Source: Trueperaceae bacterium (GTDB lineage Bacteria > Deinococcota > Deinococci > Deinococcales > Trueperaceae). From it: a stretch of DNA of 64,000 bases. The notes under the pieces are model-generated. The model did no database searches, was not told the DNA's origin, and saw nothing but the letters and a program-made list of their open reading frames with translations. This document shows, piece by piece, positions 55,043 to 64,000 of the stretch (within the stretch, counting starts at the first letter, position 1; each line of letters opens with the position of its first letter). The position numbers and the translations under genes were made by a program. The DNA lies in assembly GCA_965213925.1 (NCBI GenBank), contig OZ243927.1, positions 2,336,001 through 2,400,000 of the forward strand. The letters run 5' to 3'.

Positions 55043-56099
55043 ATGGACGAACAACGAAAACGCAGTTTAGACACCACCCTATCCCAGATCGAGAAACAGT
55101 TCGGCAAGGGCGCGGTCATGCGCTTGGGCGACGAGGGGAGCTTGACTTCCCAGGGCGTCATCTCGACGGGCTCAATGTCGGTAGACCTAGCCCTAGGCGT
55201 AGGGGGCGTGCCTAGAGGCAGGATCATCGAAGTGTACGGACCCGAGTCGGGCGGTAAAACGACGCTGTCACTACACATCGTTGCCGAAGCGCAAAAGCAA
55301 GGCGGCGTGGCTGCTTTCGTCGACGCCGAACACGCCTTGGACCCTTCTTACGCCAAAGCCCTAGGCGTCGATACCGACGAACTCTTAGTCTCGCAACCCG
55401 ATACCGGCGAACAAGCTTTAGAGATTACCGAACTCCTGGTGCGGAGCGGCGCGGTGGACGTGATCGTGGTGGACTCGGTGGCTGCTCTGGTTCCCAGAGC
55501 CGAGATCGAAGGGGAGATGGGCGACTCGCACGTGGGACTGCAAGCGAGACTGATGAGCCAAGCGTTGCGCAAACTCACGGGCGTCCTCTCGTAAAAGCCA
55601 CACCACAGCGATTTTCATCAACCAGATCAGGGAGAAGATAGGCGTCTTGTACGGCAACCCGGAGACCACCCCTGGGGGACGCGCCTTGAAGTTCTACTCC
55701 TCGGTCCGGATGGAAGTGCGGCGTAAAGGGGACGTCAAGAGTGGCGTGGATAAAGTCGGCAACCGCACGAGGGTCAAAGTCACCAAGAACAAGGTCGCGC
55801 CACCCTTTAAGGAGGCGGAGGTGGAGATCATGTTCGGGCGGGGCATCGACAAGCTAGGCGACCTGATCAACATCGCCTCGGACCTAGACGTGGTGCAGAA
55901 GTCGGGCTCGTTCTATAAGTACGAGGGCGCGACCATCGGGCAGGGCAAGGAGAAAGCGTCGACCTACCTAGAGGAGCATCCCGAGCTGATCGAGGAGATT
56001 AGGGGCAAAGTGACTGCTGCGATTCAGGGTGTGCCCTATGAGCCTAAGTTTAGCGGGGATGACCCTGATGATAGTAGCGGGGAGGCTGATGAGGAATGA
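55043..56099 (+). pseudogene. recA: RecA split by a +1 frameshift (extra T at 55592); real lesion or sequencing error
   Basis: [27 protein letters not shown], then tcg-T-aaa-agc; the +1 frame continues [35 protein letters not shown]. Confidence 0.95.
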
Positions 56100-57766
56100 A
56101 CGCCCTCCTATTCATCTTCGCGCTGCTCTTGGGCGGGGCGATAGGGGGGACTGTCGGCTTTCTGGTGCGCCAGCGCCGCGACGAAGAGGTCACGGCGAAA
56201 GCGCAGGAGGACGCGGCTGAGCTTAGGCGCAGCGCACAGGAGGAAGCGGAGCGCATCGTCGCGGGGGCGCAAGCGGAGCGGCGTGACCTCATCGGGGCGG
56301 AGCGCGAGCGTTTAGAGGCTGAGGCGACTCGGGCGAGGAACATGTTAGAAGCCGACCTCGAGCGGCTTCGCCAGGTCGCCCAAGACGACCTCTCGAGGGG
56401 TCGCGCTGCTCTGGAAGAGGAGCGCGCCACCGTGCGCGAGTTGCGCGACGAGGTCAAACGCGACCGCGAGCGTGTGGACGCTTCCGAAGAGCGCTTGAAT
56501 CGGCGCGGCGAGCAGCAGGACGCCCGCGCCCTCCGTTTGGACGACCAAGAGGAGCGCTTAGACGAACGTGAAGCGGAGTTGAAAGCTAGGGCGAACGACC
56601 TAGACGCCCAACGCGCCGAGGTCGAGCGCCAACTTTACGAAGTTGCGCAACTCAGCCGCGAGCAGGCGTCTGAGATTATCCTAAACCGTTTAGACGGGGA
56701 GTTGGAGCGCGAAAAAGCCACGCGCATCCGCGCCGAACTCGACAAAGCCGACGCCGAAGCGAAGCGCAAGAGCACGAACATCATCGCGCAAGCGATCCAG
56801 CGGAGCGCCAGCGAAGTTTCTGCCGCGATTAGCGTCTCCGTCGTGCCCATCCCGAGCGACAACATGAAAGGGCGCATCATCGGGCGCGAAGGGCGCAACA
56901 TCCGCGCCTTCGAAGCCCTGACGGGCGTGGACCTCATCATCGACGACACACCCGAAGCCGTTCTCCTAAGCTCCTTTAACCCCATCCGCCGCGAGGTCGC
57001 CAAGCTCGCCCTGACCGAACTCGTCGCGGACGGGCGCATCCACCCCGCACGCATCGAGGAGATGGTCCAAAAGGCGCAGACCGAGATGCAGTCTTACATC
57101 CGCGAGCGCGGCGACGAAGCCGCCCTAGAAGCCAACATCGTCGGCATCAAACCGGGGATGCTGCAACTCTTGGGTCGGATGCACTTTCGCACCTCGTACG
57201 GGCAGAACGTCCTCATCCACTCCGTGCAGGTCGCGTACTTAACGGGCATCATCGCCGCTGAAATCGGCTTGGACGAAAACCTAGCGCGGCGAGCCGGGCT
57301 CTTACACGATATCGGCAAGTCCATCGACCGCGAAATCGAAGGAACCCACACCGAAATCGGCGCGAACTTAGGGCGGCGCTTCGGCGAGTCTCGAGAGGTC
57401 ATCGACGCGATTGCCCACCACCACGACTTAGAACTCTCCGAAACGCTCTACCCGGTCATCGTCTCCGCCGCCGACGCCATCAGCGCGGCGCGTCCGGGTG
57501 CACGCCGTGAGACGTTGGAGACCTACCTCAAGCGTTTAGAGGGCTTAGAGAGCATCGCCACGAGTTTTCCCGGCGTCGAAAAGTCCTACGCCATCCAAGC
57601 CGGGCGCGAAATCCGCATCATCGTCGAGCCCGAAAAGGTGGACGACGCCTCCGCCGTTCTGCTCGCCAGAGACGTGGCGAACCGCATCGAGCAGGACATG
57701 GAGTATCCGGGGCAGGTGCAAGTCACGGTGGTGAGGGAGTCCAGGGCGGTGCAGTACGCGAGGTAG
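56096..57766 (+). CDS. rny: Ribonuclease Y
   Basis: N-terminal TM, coiled coil, KH ([13 protein letters not shown]), HD (LLHDIGK). Confidence 0.96.
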   Translation: MNALLFIFALLLGGAIGGTVGFLVRQRRDEEVTAKAQEDAAELRRSAQEEAERIVAGAQAERRDLIGAERERLEAEATRARNMLEADLERLRQVAQDDLSRGRAALEEERATVRELRDEVKRDRERVDASEERLNRRGEQQDARALRLDDQEERLDEREAELKARANDLDAQRAEVERQLYEVAQLSREQASEIILNRLDGELEREKATRIRAELDKADAEAKRKSTNIIAQAIQRSASEVSAAISVSVVPIPSDNMKGRIIGREGRNIRAFEALTGVDLIIDDTPEAVLLSSFNPIRREVAKLALTELVADGRIHPARIEEMVQKAQTEMQSYIRERGDEAALEANIVGIKPGMLQLLGRMHFRTSYGQNVLIHSVQVAYLTGIIAAEIGLDENLARRAGLLHDIGKSIDREIEGTHTEIGANLGRRFGESREVIDAIAHHHDLELSETLYPVIVSAADAISAARPGARRETLETYLKRLEGLESIATSFPGVEKSYAIQAGREIRIIVEPEKVDDASAVLLARDVANRIEQDMEYPGQVQVTVVRESRAVQYAR

Positions 57767-57810
57767 GAAAGAAAGTTGAAAGGACTGTTACGTAGTTTCT
57801 GCGTAGCAGA

Positions 57811-57852
57811 AGGACTGAGAGAAAAGAGGTTTTTACTCAGTCCTTTTCTCTT
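57811..57852 (+). terminator. Hairpin after rny
   Basis: aaggactgag..ctcagtcctt followed by a T-rich tract. Confidence 0.55.
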
Positions 57853-57928
57853 TTCTCTCACCTTGTACAACCTCGAGCCTCACCCCCTCCACAAGGTAAA
57901 CTAGGGCTATCTTTTCCCTGGAGGCTCC

Positions 57929-60025
57929 GTGCTGACGCTACCCGAAAAACTGCTGTTTGTTGTCTTAGCTGCCGTATCTTTTTATTTCACCTATGTCGGT
58001 TTCAAGCGCGTTGTGGGCGCAGTTCGGCGCGGTGATAAAGGGTATTATCCGCGATTTAATCACCTGAGCGAGCGCATCGGCAAGTCCTTAGCGCGTACGA
58101 TGACGCAGGAATCGGTATTCAAAGACAGACCTGTCGCGAGCGCGTTTCACTCCTTTATCTTTTACGGCTTCGTCTTTTACGCGCTGGTGAACGTGTTTGA
58201 CGGGCTCGAGGGTTTCGTCCCTGCCGCCTACCACCCCGACTGGGGTTTCGTCGGCAACGTGTACCGCTTCGGCGCGGACATCTTTAGCGTGCTTGTTATC
58301 ATTGGCGTCGTCTATTTTCTAGTGAGACGTTTTGTCACTGGTGATAAGAGGTTAGCGTTTAACGACAACACGCCGCTCCACGAAAAGGTCAAGGCGGGCA
58401 GCATCAAACGCGACAGCCTCATCGTCGGTACCTTTATCATCTTGCACGTCGGCTTTCGGCTCTTCGGCGCGGGCTACCTCTTGGCAGCGGAGGGTCACTT
58501 GGACCCGTGGCAGCCCTTCGCTAGTACGGTTGCAAATGTCGCAGGCTTCGGGGATGACCGCATCACCGGCTGGCACGTCGGCTGGTGGGGGGCACTCGGG
58601 CTCATCCTCGCCTTTTTGCCGTATTTCCCGAGGAGTAAGCACATTCACCTCTTCGCGGCTCCAGTGGATTACGCCTTAGAGCGTCGTCACGAAGACGGGC
58701 GCGAAGTCTCGACAGGAGCACTTGAACCTATCGACTTCGAGGACGAAACCTTAGAGCAGTTCGGGGTGGCGAAGCTCGAGCACCTCCGCCAAACCCAACT
58801 CTTAGACGCCTACGCTTGCATTCAGTGCAACCGCTGCACGAACGTGTGTCCCGCGCAGCAAACAGGCAAAGCGCTCTCGCCCGCCGCCGTCGAAATCAAC
58901 AAGCGCTACGAACTCAACCAGGTTGCCCCTCTTCTCGCCGCTGGCGAAGAGACGCCGCGCCCCGTCATGGACTTCGTGCTGGACGAGCCCTCGCTGTGGG
59001 CGTGTACGGCGTGCGGCGCGTGCATGGACATCTGCCCGGTCGGCTGCAACCAGATGATCGACATCATCGACATTCGCCGCGACCAGGTGATGATGCAAGG
59101 GGAGTTCCCCGCCGAACTCGCGAACGCCTTTCGCGGCATGGAGCGTACGGGCAACCCCTGGGGTATTTCGCAGGACAAGCGCGAGGACTGGACGGAAGAT
59201 TTACCAGGGGAGTTAGACGTTCCCACCGTCCGAGAGAACCCCGACTTCGAGGTGCTCTATTGGGTCGGCTGCGCGGGCTCCTACGACCCGCAAGCGCAGA
59301 AGACGGCGCGGTCGATGGCGGCGATTCTCGAGCACGCGAACATCAACTACGCCATTCTCGGGCGCGGCGAGAAGTGTACCGGCGACCCGGCGCGGCGCTC
59401 GGGCAACGAATACCTCTACTATCAACTCGCGTCTGAAAACGTGATGACCTTGAATGAGGTCTTAATCGACGAAACTTTAGACGAGACCAAGAAAAAGCGC
59501 GTCGTCACCACCTGCCCGCACTGCTTCAACGCGCTACTCAATGACTATCCGCAACTCGGCGGCGACTACGACGTGGTGCACCACACGCAACTTATCGAGG
59601 AGCTAATGCAAGAGGGGAGACTCCCACCGCTCGACCTCTCGGGCAACGTCACCTACCACGATCCGTGTTATTTAGGGCGGCACAATGGCGAATACGACGC
59701 GCCTAGAAATATCTTGAAATCGAGCGGCTTGAGCCTCACGGAGATGCCGCGTCACCGCAATAACTCGTTTTGCTGCGGGGCGGGCGGGGCGCAGTTTTGG
59801 AAAGAGGAAGAAGCGGGAACGGAGCGCGTTTCCGAAAACCGCTACCGCGAGGCGAAGGCGACAGGCGCGGAAAAGGTGGCGACGGGCTGCCCGTTCTGTA
59901 AGGTGATGCTCTCGAGTTCGGACAGCGCCGAAGCCGACAACGCGCCCGAGGTGGTGGACGTGGCGCAAATTGTAGCGGAGCGTTTGGCGAGTATTTCTGC
60001 TAGGTTGGGGAGTGCGGCAGATTGA
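57929..60025 (+). CDS. Membrane Fe-S oxidoreductase (FadF/HdrD-like, CCG domains)
   Basis: TM region, two CxxCxxCxxxCP motifs, YHDPCYLGR, CCGAGG. Confidence 0.9.
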   Translation: MLTLPEKLLFVVLAAVSFYFTYVGFKRVVGAVRRGDKGYYPRFNHLSERIGKSLARTMTQESVFKDRPVASAFHSFIFYGFVFYALVNVFDGLEGFVPAAYHPDWGFVGNVYRFGADIFSVLVIIGVVYFLVRRFVTGDKRLAFNDNTPLHEKVKAGSIKRDSLIVGTFIILHVGFRLFGAGYLLAAEGHLDPWQPFASTVANVAGFGDDRITGWHVGWWGALGLILAFLPYFPRSKHIHLFAAPVDYALERRHEDGREVSTGALEPIDFEDETLEQFGVAKLEHLRQTQLLDAYACIQCNRCTNVCPAQQTGKALSPAAVEINKRYELNQVAPLLAAGEETPRPVMDFVLDEPSLWACTACGACMDICPVGCNQMIDIIDIRRDQVMMQGEFPAELANAFRGMERTGNPWGISQDKREDWTEDLPGELDVPTVRENPDFEVLYWVGCAGSYDPQAQKTARSMAAILEHANINYAILGRGEKCTGDPARRSGNEYLYYQLASENVMTLNEVLIDETLDETKKKRVVTTCPHCFNALLNDYPQLGGDYDVVHHTQLIEELMQEGRLPPLDLSGNVTYHDPCYLGRHNGEYDAPRNILKSSGLSLTEMPRHRNNSFCCGAGGAQFWKEEEAGTERVSENRYREAKATGAEKVATGCPFCKVMLSSSDSAEADNAPEVVDVAQIVAERLASISARLGSAAD

Positions 60026-60187
60026 GGAAAAGCATGTCAGCCAGTCAGGTTTTGCTCTTCCTAAAGGGCTGATACAGGTGAAGCACATAGTGCTCAGGCT
60101 TTCAGCCTCAACCTGTACTGACCAGCTAACTCCTCGAGGACATTTTGCCCTACCAGAAAAACCATCTATAGCTTCTATACTAAAGAT

Positions 60188-60781
60188 ATGAACCGACTTT
60201 GGCTCTTAGCCTCCCTCGCCCTGCTTTCGGTGTGCTTGGCGGCGTTCAGCTTCTACCAACTGAGCCGCGCCTCGTCCGCGGAGCTTTACGGCACCGTCGT
60301 GGATAGCAAACCGGTGGTGGGCGACATCGAACTCACCAGTGGCGACGGAGAGCGCGTCAAGCTCTCGGATTATCAGGGCGACGTACTCTTGGTCTTTTTC
60401 GGCTTTACCAACTGCCCCGACGTGTGCCCTATGACGATGGCGCGTTTAGCTAAAATATACAAAGATATGGGCGAGCCCGAGAATGTACAGGTCGCTATGA
60501 TTACCGTTGACCCAGCGCACGACACGCCCGAAGTGTTAGAGAGCTACGTGAGCGCGTTTCACCCTGACTTTGCAGCCCTAAGCGGGTCGCAAGCGGACAT
60601 TGCGAACGCCGCGAAGACGTTCTTCGTCGGGTATAGAGGGATCGAAGACAACCAGTTCGTTCATACCGATACGGTCGCTGTCTTGGACCGCGAGGGGCGG
60701 ATGCGGCTCGTGTACGGGCAGGATAAGGTCAAGCATATAGGAGAAGATTTGGAGTTGGTACTCGCTCAGCGAAACTGGTAG
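60188..60781 (+). CDS. SCO1/SenC copper chaperone
   Basis: FGFTNCPDVCP, ITVDP..DTP, conserved His. Confidence 0.93.
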   Translation: MNRLWLLASLALLSVCLAAFSFYQLSRASSAELYGTVVDSKPVVGDIELTSGDGERVKLSDYQGDVLLVFFGFTNCPDVCPMTMARLAKIYKDMGEPENVQVAMITVDPAHDTPEVLESYVSAFHPDFAALSGSQADIANAAKTFFVGYRGIEDNQFVHTDTVAVLDREGRMRLVYGQDKVKHIGEDLELVLAQRNW

Positions 60782-60844
60782 TTTGAGTTGTCCTGAAACC
60801 TGCATTCTGCAATACAAGATGTAGGCTTAAGCTTGGTTTTGAAA

Positions 60845-61492
60845 TCAGAATGATGCATTCACGGCAAAGTCCGCAAGCTCCCCCTGATTGAAGCTGTAGC
60901 GTCCGCGCGTGCCGCTGATCACGCCTTCGTCGCGCATCTCACCTAGCGTTGCGGTGGTCGTCTCACGGGCTGCGCCCACCATCGCGGCGAAGTTATCGTG
61001 GGTAAGCGGCAACGTCAAACGAACCTGACCCTCTTCGGAAGCGTGACCGAAACGCTGACCGAGTCGCAAGAAAGCTCGAGCTAACCGCGCATTCACAGGC
61101 AAATCCGTGTCTTCTAAGGCGTCGCGAAGACGGGTGAGATAGAGTCCCGAAGCAGCGTGTAGAGCGTCCTGAATTTCAAGCTGCTCTTTCGGTAATACGC
61201 TCACGCGTACACGCGGCGAGAGCGACTCGGCGTTCTCCTGATACGTGTGATGCAGCGGCGTAATCGCGCCGAGATAGTCGCCCGGTCCCACGATGCTGAC
61301 GATACGCTCGCGCCCACTCAAGAGGTCGAGGCTTAATTTGAGGAGTCCTTCTTCGACGTGGTAGACCGCGCTGGCGTCGTCGCCCAAGTGATAAAGTGTG
61401 TCGCCCTTGCTCAAATTCCGGCTCGGATAGTCGTGCGTCGCAGGTGGCGGCGGATTCCCCTGAGGATGCTGGACAAAACTTAACGCTGACAT
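60845..61492 (-). CDS. Crp/Fnr family transcriptional regulator
   Basis: cNMP-binding barrel and LTH..A.MVGAARETTT HTH. Confidence 0.9.
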   Translation of the reverse strand: MSALSFVQHPQGNPPPPATHDYPSRNLSKGDTLYHLGDDASAVYHVEEGLLKLSLDLLSGRERIVSIVGPGDYLGAITPLHHTYQENAESLSPRVRVSVLPKEQLEIQDALHAASGLYLTRLRDALEDTDLPVNARLARAFLRLGQRFGHASEEGQVRLTLPLTHDNFAAMVGAARETTTATLGEMRDEGVISGTRGRYSFNQGELADFAVNASF

Positions 61493-61528
61493 AAATGATT
61501 ATACTCGCTGATTTACACGCAGCGAGTA

Positions 61529-62833
61529 TCACATGTCATGTTGAGGATAGGGTTGGGTCGGTGTTAGAGACGAGGTTGCTCGGTAGACCGCCTTACCGCG
61601 CACAAATGTTAAACGTGTCCAACCTCTTAGAGATTGAGCCTCCCACGGGCTAAATTTAGCTTTGCTCTTAAACGTTTGAGGGTCAACGGGTCGCTCTAAG
61701 TCTAGGTCAATCACCGTGAGGTCGGCGGGTTGACCTACTGCTAACGTCGGCGCGTTCCAGCCCATCACGTCCGCCGGTCCTCCTTGCAAGAGGTCAAGAA
61801 GTTTTTCTAACGACAACACACCCGTTTGCACCAGTTCGGTATAGAGCAGCGGAAAAGTGACTTCGATGTTGGCGATGCCGAAGGGAGCCTCCAACATATC
61901 CCTCTCTTTTTCCGCTCTTGTGTGCGGCGCGTGGTCCGTTCCGATCGAGTCCACCACGCCGCGCTTCACCGCGTCGCGCAAATACTCCACGTCCTCTTGC
62001 GTGCGAAGAGGTGGCGCGACCTTGTAGATGGGGTCAAACGACGCTAAAGTCTCATCCGTCAAGGTGAGGTGATGCGGCGTGACCTCACAGGTGACGGGTG
62101 CGCCCTGCTCTTTGAACCATTCGACGACCTGCATTCCTCTTTTTGAAGAGACGTGCGCAACGTGAACCCTTGCGCACGTCATCAGCGCGATTTCACAGTC
62201 GCGGTAGATCATCGCCGCCTCTGCTGCAACCGGATTGCCTGGTAGCCCCAGCCGCTGACTGACCACACCCTCGTTCATCACTCCGTTTTGCCGCAATGAC
62301 GGGTCTTCCGAATGGGTTTGAACAATCAAGCCGAGTTCGGTAGCATATTCACAGCCTCGGCGCATGAGGTGACTGTCTACTACAGGAATTCCGTCATCCG
62401 TAATTATCACTGCGCCCGCTTCTTTTAGGGCGGCAAAGTCGGTGAGCTGTTTTCCCTCTAAACCTCGGCTCAGGGTTGCCGCTGGGCGCAACCTCGCTTG
62501 CCCGATTCGCTCCGCCTTGGCGATAAGCTCCGCCACCACGCCAGGGTCGTCTACCGGAGGTGATGTGTTTGCCATACTTACGACGGTTCCGAAGCCGCCC
62601 GCCGCCGCCGCTCCTAGCCCCGAGCGCAAGTCCTCCTTGACCTCTTGCCCCGGCTCGCGCAAGTGGGCGTGAAGGTCGATGAATGCCGGCGTGACGAGAT
62701 TGTCCTCGGCGTCGTAAGCTTCGTTCACCTCTCCCTCTAAATTGAAGCCTTCGATGAGACCGTCTTTGAGGTAGAGGTTGGTGGAGGTGTCGGCGTGAAG
62801 CAGGCGGGCGTTTTTAATCAGTATTCTAGTCAT
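61529..62833 (-). CDS. pyrC: Dihydroorotase
   Basis: DLHAHLREPG, CEVTPHHL, K..PPLR, TDHAPH. Confidence 0.95.
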   Translation of the reverse strand: MTRILIKNARLLHADTSTNLYLKDGLIEGFNLEGEVNEAYDAEDNLVTPAFIDLHAHLREPGQEVKEDLRSGLGAAAAGGFGTVVSMANTSPPVDDPGVVAELIAKAERIGQARLRPAATLSRGLEGKQLTDFAALKEAGAVIITDDGIPVVDSHLMRRGCEYATELGLIVQTHSEDPSLRQNGVMNEGVVSQRLGLPGNPVAAEAAMIYRDCEIALMTCARVHVAHVSSKRGMQVVEWFKEQGAPVTCEVTPHHLTLTDETLASFDPIYKVAPPLRTQEDVEYLRDAVKRGVVDSIGTDHAPHTRAEKERDMLEAPFGIANIEVTFPLLYTELVQTGVLSLEKLLDLLQGGPADVMGWNAPTLAVGQPADLTVIDLDLERPVDPQTFKSKAKFSPWEAQSLRGWTRLTFVRGKAVYRATSSLTPTQPYPQHDM

Positions 62834-62871
62834 AACGTACCTTTCGCAAATACATCAGGGTCATTAGCATC

Positions 62872-62926
62872 TCAGCTAGTCAGCCGGTCAGGAAAAGCTA
62901 AAAACCTGAAGTGCTGACTAGCTGAA
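62872..62926. repeat. Inverted repeat between pyrB and pyrC
   Basis: TCAGCTAGTCAGC..GCTGACTAGCTGA. Confidence 0.6.
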
Positions 62927-62958
62927 GTGCTTTTTCACCGGAGGACTTAGTAACTTTC

Positions 62959-63921
62959 CTACCGTTTGCCCACTAATAAGGTATAAAGCACCGCCATCCG
63001 AATCGGCACGCCGTTCGCCACCTGCGTCTCAATCACACTGCGCTCCGAATCCGCCAGCGTCCCCGCGAGTTCCACATCGCGGTTCATCGGTCCAGGGTGC
63101 ATGATGAGGGCGTCGGGGTGAGCATGTCTCATGACCTCTTCGGTGACTTGATAGCGCGTTTGGTATTCGGCTAGAGAGGGAAGAAGCCCTGTGTTCATCC
63201 GCTCCATCTGTAAACGCAACGCCATCACCCCATGTGCGCCTTCGGCGGCATCGTGAGTACTGTTCGTTAGGGTGACGTTGTATTGCTCTAACTCCTTCGG
63301 TAGCAGCGTCCTCGGTCCACAAAGGGTGACTTCTGCGCCCAGCTTCGTCCAGAGTTCGATGTTGGAACGGGCGACTCTCGAGTGCATCACATCCCCAATA
63401 ATCGCCAGCTTCTTCCCTTCAAACCCATCAAAACCGCTGAACTCCTTCGAAAAGGTGTAGGCATCTAAAAGCGCCTGCGTCGGGTGGGCGCGGCGTCCGT
63501 CACCCGCGTTCACAATCGCAGCGTCCGTCCACTTGGTGAGTTGATAGGGCACGCCCGCCGCCCTGTGCCGCACCACGTAGAGGTCGGCTTGCATAGCGTC
63601 CACGGTCTTGAGCGTATCTTTTAAGGATTCGCCTTTGCTGAGGCTCGAGCCCCCTGCCGCAAAGCTCATCACGTCCGCCGACTGCGCCCGCGCCGAGCGC
63701 TCAAAGGAGAGCCGCGTGCGCGTCGAAGGCTCGAAGAAGAGCGTCCCTACCGTAAAGCCTTGCAGCGCCGGCACCTTTTTGATCGTGCGCGTCATGACCT
63801 GCGCCATCACGTCTGCCGTGTTGAAGAGCGCCGTGACCTCTTCGGCGCTCCAGTCCTGCAGATCGAGCAGGTGCCGCTTTTTTGCCTTTGCCGCTTCGGG
63901 TATTTGCACGGTCTGAATCAT
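62959..63921 (-). CDS. pyrB: Aspartate carbamoyltransferase catalytic subunit
   Basis: FFEPSTRTRLSFE, HPTQALLD, HSRVARS, MHPGP.NR. Confidence 0.97.
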   Translation of the reverse strand: MIQTVQIPEAAKAKKRHLLDLQDWSAEEVTALFNTADVMAQVMTRTIKKVPALQGFTVGTLFFEPSTRTRLSFERSARAQSADVMSFAAGGSSLSKGESLKDTLKTVDAMQADLYVVRHRAAGVPYQLTKWTDAAIVNAGDGRRAHPTQALLDAYTFSKEFSGFDGFEGKKLAIIGDVMHSRVARSNIELWTKLGAEVTLCGPRTLLPKELEQYNVTLTNSTHDAAEGAHGVMALRLQMERMNTGLLPSLAEYQTRYQVTEEVMRHAHPDALIMHPGPMNRDVELAGTLADSERSVIETQVANGVPIRMAVLYTLLVGKR

Positions 63922-64000
63922 GCGAGTTCCATGAGGTCCACGCCCTCTTCGCCGTCTACAGACTCGAGCTTCACCTTCACCACTTCCTGCTTGCTCGTCG
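63918..64000 (-). CDS. pyrR: PyrR C-terminal fragment (runs off the window)
   Basis: TSKQEVVKVKLESVDGEEGVDLMELA*, overlapping the pyrB start. Confidence 0.7.
   Translation of the reverse strand, partial: TSKQEVVKVKLESVDGEEGVDLMELA

Noticed and set aside
55585..55600. Programmed frameshift or intein in recA
   Set aside because: No inserted domain, no clear shift site or stimulator, and no precedent known to me; a one-base indel explains it
60845..61492. Assignment as ddrI
   Set aside because: A Crp-family fold is clear, but the sequence does not match what I recall of DdrI well enough to name it
1..64000. CRISPR array, cas genes, rRNA, tRNA, transposase, integrase or prophage
   Set aside because: No regularly spaced direct repeats with spacers and no recognisable motifs for these genes

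Overview
A roughly 60% GC bacterial chromosomal window, most likely Deinococcota (Truepera-like). That call is inferred from the cinA-recA-rny and upp-wecA-wecB gene order and from many leaderless TANNNT-N5-7-ATG starts. Most of it is housekeeping: upp, wecA/wecB, plsY, recO, sbcCD, malQ, valS, rlpA, a TRAP/TAXI transporter, cinA, recA, rny and pyrR-pyrB-pyrC. There are two small toxin-antitoxin islands of DUF433/DUF5615, AbrB-VapC and CopG modules. No CRISPR array, rRNA, tRNA or transposase was seen. The notable signals are mostly non-coding. (1) A Val-specifier T-box riboswitch has an uncharacterised SAM methyltransferase as its first gene, coupled to valS. (2) An unannotated ~104-nt sRNA candidate shares a GTAAGA-N5-GTAAGA-N10-(-10) promoter layout with a c-di-GMP enzyme gene 40 kb away. 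(3) Three MITE-like families carry 3-bp TNA target duplications; one sits on a stop codon and one is nested in a heptamer palindrome. (4) CTCGAG is strongly over-represented. (5) recA and vapC each carry a single-base insertion, either real or an assembly error. (6) There is a divergent pair of unknown membrane-anchored paralogs.
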